The notes under the pieces are model-generated. The model made no database searches. It had not been told where the DNA came from and saw nothing but the letters and a program-made list of their open reading frames with translations. Made by a program: the position numbers and the translations under genes. 64,000 nt of DNA from the human T2T-CHM13v2.0 reference genome, Homo sapiens: assembly GCF_009914755.1 (NCBI RefSeq), contig NC_060936.1. One strand, 5' to 3'. Shown here piece after piece: positions 53,885 through 64,000 of this stretch (positions are counted from its first letter, which is position 1; every line of letters starts with the position of its first letter).

Positions 53885-54180
53885 AGAAAAGTAGGAGAAA
53901 AATCTGGAGGAAGGATGTGGAGTCTCAGAAACCAAGTTAAGAGTGTGGTGGAGCCAGAAAAAGGCCAGTTGAGATAAGAGGAATCTGAAAGAATGGTGTA
54001 CCACAGAGGCTAACTGGAGACCAAGGAAGTGGTCAACATGGTAAGATAATGCTGATGGTCTGGATAAATAGGATCAAATATTGTCCATCAAATTTATCAA
54101 TATGGAGATCACTGATGACCTGCTTTGTTGGAATGGTGGTGCTAAATACTATTTGGAATGAGTCAGTGGAGAATGGGATG

Positions 54181-54727
54181 TGTATTAATGTTCTAGTACT
54201 GTGAAATAAACTACCATAAACTTAGTGGTTAAAAAACAACACCTATTTATTAGCTCAGAGTCTGGGTCAGAATTGTGGCACAGCAGGACTGTCAGCCACT
54301 CTGTGTTCTCATGTGGAGCTTGTGGTCTTCTTTTAAGCTTGCATGGTTGTGGCAAGATTCACTTCCTCGTGGTGGTTATGGGCGGTCCCTGTTTCCTTGC
54401 TGGCTGTCAGGTGGGAAATACTCTCACCTTCTGGAGGCAACCCACATTCCCTAGCATGTGGTTTTGTCCATTTGCAAAGCCAGCAATGGAAAATCTCCCT
54501 CATGTAAAATCTCTCATACTTGAATTTCTGACTTCCTCTTTTATGAAAAGCTGGGAAAAAACTGCATTTACCTGGATGTTCTATTTTAAGATTAACGGTG
54601 CCACATAACAAAACCTAATCACAGAAATAAATTCACCCTATTTGTGGTCCCAGGGATTATAGAGGTTTTGTACATCAAGAGGACGGGGAAAACTTTTGGG
54701 GGTTTTCTTAGAATTATGCCTACCACA
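54181..54727 (-). mobile_element. MLT1 (E/F-like) solo LTR
   Basis: TGTATT… start; 'taccataaacttagtggttaaaaaacaacac'; ends 'ttagaattatgcctaccaca'. Confidence 0.8.
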
Positions 54728-57524
54728 GTAAAACTGAAGATGGGTAGTATAGACTGCTTTTTGAGTGACTTGTTTTGCCAATAAGACAGCAGAACAATAG
54801 GGCAATAACTCAAAGGAAAATGGGATCAAAAAAGGATAGTTTTAATATGTAAGACATTTTAAAAATATCTGTATGCTGATAAGAATAATTCTCCCCCAGA
54901 CAGAACATCTGATATGTCTTGAGAGGAGTGAGCTGCTTGAATAATATCTATTTTTGAGTAGGTCAGGATGAATGGGATCTCTGGCACATGTGTAGATGTC
55001 GATCTTAATCAGGAGAGTAGAAAAAACAGATTCTTTGCAGTAAAGAAAGAATTCAGTAGTTATTTTGCTCAAAGCTACCAGAAAATTTCTTCTGTTGCTT
55101 CTTTTGTTCTCCTGCGTCAGTGAAATAAAAAGATTTATGAGTGAACTGTAAGGATGGGAGAAATGGTGACAGAGATTTGAGGACAATGTATAAGGACTTG
55201 GAATGGAATATATACAAGCCAACATATAATCACGAAGAAAATTTTACAAAGGATTTTTTTTTCACAAAGAGATCAAATTATTTGTGCTGTAGAAATAAGT
55301 TTTATAGTTTTAAGAAAAGAATAATGGAAGAGGAAAAAGAGAGGAAGGAATGCAGGGACGCCTATGCATTTACTTGAGTGAGTGTTATTTTTCAATCACA
55401 TTATTAGTGCTATGAGAATAAATAAAATACAGTCCTAGCATTAAAGGTTAAGAAGGGTCTTGTAAATTTTTATGAAAATACATATTTATGTGGATAAAAT
55501 AACAAGAAGAGATATGAAGGATGACAAAAGGGCTTAACCTGCCTAGAAGACATCATAGAAAAGTAACATTTGAGATACATAGTTCTTAAGAGAAAAACAG
55601 AGAATGTTTTTCTAACAAAATAGATAGTATTACATATAGTTCTCCTTAATTCTGATGAAAAAATAATCTTTGGGGGGAGATAATACAATAGAGAAATAGT
55701 GTAGAGTAAAATAGTATGAATCAGGATAAAATCCAAGACCTGTAGGTGCAATGATGGCTTCAGTTGTAGGCCAACCAGTGAATGATATTCCTCATTTAAA
55801 ATGTCCATTCTGGTCTCAAATAGAATATTCCTAAAGTGTGCCCTTCAAAAGAACTTACCTAATTGTTTTTATATTAACCTAATTATCATCATCATCAGGA
55901 TAATAATAATTTAATTAACTAACTACAACTATTAATATTTCATGATTGTTTTAGTAAGACTCAGACTTTTTTAATAAGATTCAGGCATTTCAGATCATGT
56001 AAAATAAGCAAAAAATATTCTGTAGCAAAGTATTTGTAGCTAAAAGGCCAATGAACACATTTGCTCTTGCTCCAAAATGTTGTAACCTATCTGCTTGATG
56101 CTTTACATTTTAAAATATTAACAATTTATATAGGTTGTTTTTCTTGTGAACTAAGGTAACTGACATGCCAACAGAAAATGGTAATTTCTTTCATATCACT
56201 TGTACCTGTAAGCTTATTGTCTATTTGATAGTATTTATTTTAAAAATCTTAGTTGATGTTTACAATTAGACAATAGATTTTTGTTAAACACTTTATAGAC
56301 ACTATATAACCTATTTATATTCTTGAATTTTATTAGAAAAGGTAATACTAAAAATAACCACAATTTATATAAACCACCAATAACTTTATTATTTCTCCTA
56401 TTCATTGAGCTCTTAAATAAAAACAACATTCAGAGTAATTTCAGCACCCTTGAATTTTCTATCTTTGAACCAGAAAAAGATATCCAGGTTTGATTTCTGA
56501 CTTTTAGTTCTAGATAATAGTATAATATTGAAAAAAAAAAGTCAAATAATTATCACTGCAAAATTAGGCTTGTAATTCTAATAGTTCAGAAAATAAGACT
56601 ATCATGATTACTTTTCTCTATTGTAATGGCTGACTTGTGAGACAAAACAGGTATAAAAAAAGCTGTAAATCCCGTTCTCACGTATTCTTTTTTCCCACAA
56701 AATTTCATTTTCAAATAAGAATATATAAGTGTATAACATATACATACCATTTTTATTTAAAGAAAAAATTAGTAGCCTGATTTTTTTTTCTAGAATGAGA
56801 TTCATGCAAAGGGCATCAGCAAAATTTGTGAATAACTAATTAGAGATTTTAGTCATTTCTTTGAAAAGAAAATGATTAAACTAATTAACAGCTATAACTA
56901 AGACCACCATTTACTAGAAATAATAAAATTTTTAAACATTTTAACATTTTATATAAAATAATTATAAAATTTAGTCTAAGTAAAATGTAGTACATGTGAT
57001 TTCTATAATAGTTCAGGAAATAATACCTGAAAATAGCTCATGCCAAATTAAAATAGATATACATGTATGTATGTATGTGATAAATGTCTATGTGTGTGCA
57101 TGTGCATGCATGTATAATCAAAACTATAAATTAAAAATAGCATAACATGATGTAAAAGCCAATCAACTGAGAAATTATATACCAGATACTTGACAGTGAT
57201 TTAGCAAAATTAATGTGTAATGATCTCTTATTAATTCACATACACACACAAAATATAAGCATCTAAAAACAGTGGGACACAGAACCCAAACAAACAAGCA
57301 AATCACATATGTCAAATAAACATATAAGAATATGATAAATGTCATTAATAAAGAAATATAAAGTAAATAACAATGTATTTTTTAATGTTTCAAATTATCA
57401 AAGATTATTTAAAGTTATCAAACCCAGTATTTGAGGAAGATATCCTCAAAAGAAACTATTACTCAAAAGTGAGAAAAACTCAGAAAATTAATTTGGAGTC
57501 TGAATAATGTTTATATACTTAAAA

Positions 57525-57682
57525 AAGATTTGTAGGTACATAGCAGGTGTATATATTTATGGGGTACATAAAATATTTTGATACAAGCATACAATGCATA
57601 ATAATTACATCAGGGTAAATGGGGTATTGTTCACCTCAAGCATTTGGCCTGTGTGTTACAAACAATTCAATTATATTATTTT
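57525..57682 (-). mobile_element. L1MA1-3/L1PB-type 3' terminal fragment inside older L1ME-like sequence
   Basis: 'gtaggtacatagcaggtgtatatatttatggggtacat…tacatcagggtaaatggggta…cacctcaagcattt'. Confidence 0.8.
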
Positions 57683-58299
57683 ACCTGGTGTTCTTAATTA
57701 AAAGAATTTATCTTAAGAAAATAATCAATGATGTGAAATATACATAAATATTTATGTGTAATAATACTTGTGTATTTCATAATTGCAAAAAGTAGGAAGT
57801 AACTTCATTATCAAAAGTAAAGGGATGATTAATTAAAATATATATCCACTTAATATAGCATATATATAATCCTTCCCAGTCCTTCATAAATAGTTGAAAC
57901 AGCCAGTTGTAAATACACTAAAATTTTAAAAAATATTTAAATAACAATTGATGACCAAAATGGAAAAATAATACATGAATCAATAGATCACAACAATTTT
58001 TACCAGCCCTTCCAGATTCTAGAGACAAGGCTCTAACCCTATTTCATCTGCCTAAGCATCTAGCGAAGCTCCCCTAAGCTTTGAAAGATCTAGCCACCAA
58101 TCACATACCTAACAATGGACTCCCAGGATCAATTATTTGGAAAGCTTGCAGCCAGGTAACTCTAGAATACCTGTTTTCCTTAGTTATTGACCCTGATGTA
58201 GATATATCTTGTCATGCCCTCTTTCCTATGTAATAATACCCATGCTGCTTTGTGTTTTTTTCAACCCAAACTCATTCTCCCACAGCTGCTTTCTTTCCA

Positions 58300-59300
58300 A
58301 ATCTTCCTACTTTCTTCTCTGAAATCCCTGTTTCAGAGTAAGCAAGCTCGCTTTTATCATAATCCGTTTCCTGAATGCTGTTTCCACTTTTGGGAAACTT
58401 GAGTCTCCACTAAAGACATTACTTTCCAGTGGATCTATTTCAAAGTAACAAGGGAGGATTTATCCTTACTTTCTCCCACTGCTGCTCCTCAACTATTACT
58501 TCTTTATCCTCATGTAAAACTCCTTGTTCTCTGCAGGCTTATGAAATTGGGCTGAAGTCTCTGCTCACAAGAATTGCTTTTATCTACTCAAACTCCCAGC
58601 CACTCTCATTTACAAGGAATTTCTAGATCATACTAGATGACTGTAATCTAGTATCAGTACTCTGTTGAACAATCTAGCTCATCAGATTCCTGACCTTGCT
58701 AACTCCAGGAACCTTTATACCCACCTATTTTAGTTTTCCACTTCTGCTAAAGCTATACTTTAAAACTTGTCATCTCAGAAGTCCGTTTCCATAATAGTAA
58801 GTTCAGAGATTCTTCTTTCTGGCTGCAACCTCCTATTTTCCTGGTTGCCTCCGTTACTTCTATCATACATTTTCTTTGATCCATTGGAGACCATGAGTCT
58901 CTTAACCACTCTATTTTTTCCCAGTAGTTACACCCTATCTTCATTTTCTTTCCTAATCAGCTTAATTGCATGTGCCACCACATGGCAGTATTATCATGCC
59001 TTTCATCTGTCTGTGCTGTCATTGTCTTTAGATAGCAAAATTCTTAACCAGGGTTACTCCAGCTAGCAATAATGTCCATAGAACTCTGAGGGAAGGTAAG
59101 CACTGCTGGAGATACTTGCATTTACCTGGACTGCTACAAATTCATGATATCCTACCTTATTTGGGTAGCTCAATATTCCAGGAAAACTCCTATAATTTTC
59201 CAGTCAACTGGATTCCACTTTATATAGCCCTGATTTATCTTTTGAATCTTTCTCTTTTTTACTGTCTGCTAGATGCCTACTCTTAAGCTACACTAAACTA
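58300..59300 (+). mobile_element. Probable ancient L2 ORF relic
   Basis: Pyrimidine-rich tract with L2-like motifs ('gcactgctggaga…ctacaaattcatgat'); weak. Confidence 0.35.
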
Positions 59301-62300
59301 ATTGTACTTCCTCATCTAAGTTTGGATAAGCTGCTAGTAGTATATATTCTATGGAGAGTCACACTTCCTTTATTGTAGTACATTTTCCTATAATGATGCT
59401 GCCTGTTTACTTGGTTACATTTGTTATTAGCATGACAATATGCCAACAGAAACAGACAAAGCCATGTGAAATAAAAATAATTTAGTCTGATGTCATTTTA
59501 ATAACTATATGAGTTTTGGCCCTATCAAATAGGGAAAATGTGGTAAAAAAAAAAAAAAAGGAAATCAGCAAAAACAGTAAACAAACACAAATATTGCAGA
59601 ATTGTGTACATTTAAATGAGGGGGATGGAGATCAACAGATTATATAATAATGATATGAAGGACTCTGTCAAACAGCATTAATGAATCTATACAGACATGG
59701 AAAGACACAAATGTATTAAGAGAACTAAAGAAATGCAAATAAAGCAGTAAAGGGAGGTAGCAAAAATTCTAGTGGGAGCTCAGACTTTTTGAGTAAAGAC
59801 TGGAAAAATTAGGTAGTAATATGGCTTATCCTAGGACACGAACTTTTTTTTCAGTTTTAGAGACTTAGTTTGTATAACAGAAATTGATTGGGTGTGCACC
59901 CATAGAGTTACAGACAAAATAAAAAAAATCCTGTGATGTGATTAGAATTTTTAATGATTTAAATAAAATCCCAATGCATTGGCATAGAAAATTCTCATTT
60001 CCATAGATTGGGATGAGAATTATTTGCATTGTAGGATACGTATTCTAAATCAATATTTATAATAAATATAGAAATTATAAATTAAATAATAACCTTAGAA
60101 CTAATGTGTTTTACATTACTTATAGGAGTAATCTGTGTTTTACATTTTAAGTAGAATTAATGTTTAAGAGAATTTTGCACATTAGAGTAGCTAACAGATT
60201 TATTCTGAATTTCCAATTTAAAGTTTGTAACTTAATGAATAATTCTGTATTCTAATTTTAAGTTTAAAGGCATACGTTTTTATGAGGTCTATAAACAATA
60301 CAGTATTTGTTAGACAATTGAAATGCTGAAACACTAAATATTTGTATTAAATCTGTAAATCATTTATTTGAATACTGTATTAACCAAAAGAGTAGTTCCT
60401 GAATTTTACACCAAAGCTGCTCAAAGGATACCAGAAATATTAATTATTCACTCTTTGAAATTAAGGACATGCCATTTTTATTACAATTAATCTTGCACTA
60501 TTGGAGATATAGTGAAGGTCTATGAAATATTTCTAAAATGAAAGATGAATGCATGAAACTGTTAGAATCATCTTTAGTAATAATGCTTAATGAAATTAAT
60601 GCTGATGCAGCAAAAGAGAATAAGAAAAGAATACATATCTTTAAATTAAAAAGAGTACATACCTTAATTCTATAAAGATTGCATATATATATTTTGAAAT
60701 ATATATTATGTATAAGTCTGCTTTTAATGGAAACTAACTCTATTCATTTATATTAACTCTGAAGAGTACAATCAGTAAATGCTCTCATTTCTAGAATATA
60801 AATTTTCTCTCTCCCAAGAAGTAAAAGTATGAATTACCTTTAGAAGAGACTTTTATATGGGGAAAAAAATCACTGTAAAATGTTCTATTTATTTTCAGAA
60901 ATGTAAAGCAAGTCCTATCCTTTATTCATGTGGAAAATGGCAAAATCCCCATTTTTGTGTCCCTTTGATGATATAAATCATGTGTGGTTGAGTCTGGGAT
61001 GAATCTCTCAGACTGTTGCTTTTTATAAAATGAGAAAAAATTTTTATTTTGATGAGTTAACATGACATTCTGCCTATAAAATATAGTTTGTTTTTATTTG
61101 TTCAGAGTGATGGAGATTATCCAAAGAAGGCTAAGTATGGAATGCACAAGTAGCACTGTTTTGGGGAAAGACCTAGTAACACGTGGCCTGGCTTTCTATG
61201 CAGCTCAACCTGGAACTGAGTCTCCCTGACTAAGTGTTAAGGTTAAGCAAGTCTGAAAATCCTGAATGTACCAGGTCGTGTCTTGTGTTCTGATATAATT
61301 GTTGTGATGGGTTCACAGTCCTGAGATTTCCCCTGAAGGGAATGAAAATGTTCATTTTCAGTCATCCTGGAAAAGACAAACCCTCAAAAAAGAAACCAGA
61401 ATTACAGGGGTCACACCTTAAACTAGATGGCAGGTGGTGAGGCTCAGGAAAACAAACTACTTCTTAATGTGAATCATGCTTGGATCACCTCCAGTAGCCA
61501 TGATGGAGGGAAGGGGGAGTGGAGGGACACCTTCAATGTTCTGATTCAGAAGTACGCCTTGGGTGGAGCCCAGGTATCTATGTTTGCATCAAGCCTTGCT
61601 CTCTTTTGCCCACTACCCTGTGATTCTAATGAAAGTAGCCTGCATACTGTAAGATATATTAGACTTAAAGAGTAGCAACTTTTGCATATAAAATCAAACA
61701 CAAAACTGGACAATAGAAATAGTGTTTAAAAATGCATCATTTTGCTACCTTTGACATCTATCTTTTTTCTTATGCCAAAAATAAGTTAAAATCTGCTAGA
61801 GAGCTATATCATTAAAAAAATCATAAGACCACTCTTCAGTATAAAATAGCTGCCATGCCATTACTAAGGTGTGGCTAATGTGGTTATCTCCTCGTTCAAA
61901 TTCATTTTGGGTCTTAATTATTATTCTGGCTTTGGGAGAATCAGAATATGCTGGAGTTTCACTCATTGCCTTTGGCTTGTGTTTTAAGTATGACATCAGA
62001 GACAGTTCTTTTTACTGTCAATCAAGGAGTGAACAAGCCATGTCAGTGGTACACAGGAGGAAAACAAAATTGTCCACAGACTTCTTGTTTTTCACATTCA
62101 TAGTTTATACTTCATCACATTGGTTCGTGAATAGGATTTAATGGTCCTACTACATAGTAAACAGAGACAGTTTTCAATTTGATTAGCAGTTAGTTTTGTA
62201 GGTAGCTTTTTCATGATTAAAAAATCTAGTAATTACTTATTGTTTTGTGTTAACAACCGCATACAAGCAATTTTGATAAATATCACCTGTCATGATATTT

Positions 62301-62632
62301 ATCATTGTTAGATAATACTAACAGAGAAACAATTATTTCTTATCTTTTTTTGCACATATTTAGCCTTATTATTTAACCATATATCATAGAATTTAAAATA
62401 TTTCTATAGTAAGAGGTCATTTTTGATTTATATAATACTTCTACTTATCCCTGACCAGGAATGATCAATCATGATACAACTGTCTATTAAAGAATGAAGA
62501 ATATATTGCATTTTCCCCTTGTGAAATTCAACAGAAAAATTAGACTATGCTATATTTTATTGCTTGTGGACTCTAAAATTGGAACTTAATGTAGAGTAAG
62601 ACCTGCATTTAAAGCTGTGGCAAACCCAATTT

Positions 62633-63012
62633 AGTGGCGTATTAGAGGTTCTTTATGCTGGTTCAAAAGAGCTGATTGTTAAATGTTCACAAATTTAACA
62701 AGCTGGTTGTTAAACCCAGGCATTATCAAAAATTTGAACATATAAACTTACATATAAATATATAGGGACAATGTATACTCAAAACATATTTTCCAATTAT
62801 TTTACTATTATTCCTCCTCTTAGGTTATTTATGCATATTATATCTAAATGGTAGGAATTCTATATTTATTGGTGTGCTTCTGGTGTGTAATGTAATGTAA
62901 CTGTATATTTCTGGGCATCTTGTCCCACTTTATGTTCAAGTTCGTAGTTTAAAAACAGCCATGGTGGGAATATTTACACCACAGAAATAGAAAAATGCTA
63001 CAAATCAGAGGT
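62633..63012. mobile_element. MER63 hAT DNA transposon
   Basis: 'gagctgattgttaaatgttc…gctggttgttaaacccag…cagccatggtgggaatatttacaccacagaaat'. Confidence 0.75.
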
Positions 63013-63889
63013 TTTAGCATACTATTGTCTGGGTTCCTGCTTTTCAATTCCCAGAGCCAGGTCTCATCCATAATTCCTGACATTATTTCATATATATAGC
63101 ATTTTCCATCAATTACTTGAAATAGCATCTCTTTTATTTGTTAACTCTTTGGATTCTTATTCCTTGCAACTAAAAGCGCTTGAATAAAACAAATGCAATT
63201 GTAAAAAATGCACATTCTTCAAGTGTTTGCACTTTCCCTAGGTTTCTTTTATAATGAATATTTTTCATGTTTACATTTGTGTGACTTCAGAAAGGTGAAT
63301 ATCCTACGAAATTAGTAAGGCAGGATTATATTTGCTTTGTCCACTCACTGTAAGCTCCTCTGACCCACACATTGGCTTCTTTAACAGCCTAGAGGCTCTC
63401 ATTCATGCAGGTGAGGACAACAAAGCAGACTTTTCAAATTCAGGGCTGAAAAAGTAGCAGATATTCTTTTAGTAGAATGGGTACCAGAGATAACAGTGGT
63501 AAAAAGCTTATTATTGTTCCATTTTTAGATAACCTATCCTAAACCTCAATTGCCATGAAAGTCTCTTATTTTTATCTTCTCTTTTTTTTTTTTCCACACT
63601 TAGGGTTGATTATCCACCTTTTACTGCTTCTCATTAGTAGAACTGGATGTGACTTAAAAATGTCTAACGACCCCTGCTACAGGGAGCATGTAAGAGATGA
63701 GGTCACCTGCGTGACACAGACAAAGCAATTTAAAGGATCAAGGGTTTGTGGATTAAGAGGGAGATAGAAAGAGGAGTTGTTTGGTTAGGGAAAGAAAGGA
63801 AGAACAGTTATTGGGAGGTAGTCAGAAACCGTGCTTCTCAAAGTGACTGGTTCAGTTTGCAATGAGCTAAGTACAAGAATTGAGATTAT

Positions 63890-64000
63890 AGCATCACCAG
63901 TTTTCAGAGAAATGCAAATAAAAATCATAATGAACTATCATCTCACTCCACTTGAAATGGCTTTTATCAAAAAAACAAAAAGTAACAGATGCTGATAAAG
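63890..64000 (+). mobile_element. L1 ORF2 3' region, continuing beyond the window
   Basis: 'cagagaaatgcaaataaaaatcataatgaactatcatctcactccacttgaaatggcttttatcaaaaa…aacagatgctg'. Confidence 0.85.

Larger units (their letters stand above)
52230..55200 (-). mobile_element. L2 LINE (long, degenerate), interrupted by LTR3 and MLT1
   Basis: Reverse L2 motifs 'ccctaccctcatacagcttacattc', 'tgagtgaaatgggaagccattggagggtttt', 'gattctggatatattttgaa', 'atggagatcactgatgacc'. Confidence 0.8.

Noticed and set aside
54225-55225. Two 127-aa ORFs
   Set aside because: They lie within MLT1 and L2 relics and have no recognisable protein features.
57088-57112. Cluster of TGCATG (RBFOX) motifs
   Set aside because: It sits in low-complexity purine-pyrimidine repeat with no supported exon nearby.
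61420-61433. CTCF-like AAACTAGATGGCAG (and CCACTAGATGGAG at about 21726)
   Set aside because: Each lacks key core positions, so both are weak matches.

Overview
This is AT-rich, CpG-poor primate genomic DNA, human-like given the AluY, HERV-K LTR5 and THE1 elements, and is intronic or intergenic. I see no protein-coding gene, structural RNA gene, CpG island or prokaryote-type system. The supplied ORFs are Alu, L1 or MaLR translations, microsatellite read-throughs, or chance ORFs. The window is mostly interspersed repeats: ten Alus, several L1s (one near-full-length old L1M carrying a nested Alu and L1PA), L2 and MIR relics, three ERV solo LTRs (LTR1, LTR5/HML-2, LTR3/HML-6), a complete two-LTR THE1 MaLR provirus, several MLT1 LTRs, and hAT/mariner MITEs (MER20, MER81, MER5, MER63, MADE1). 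The most notable signals are: a strong CTCF motif beside the HERV-K LTR; perfect DUX4 motifs in both THE1 LTRs; a consensus 5' splice site fused to a UG repeat; a templated insertion of about 90 bp inside the old L1; and several fold-back palindromes and small tandem duplications that look like template-switch scars. I could not identify the locus and found no convincing novel biological system. Subfamily calls come from recalled consensus sequences and need RepeatMasker/Dfam confirmation. Boundaries of the old repeats are approximate.
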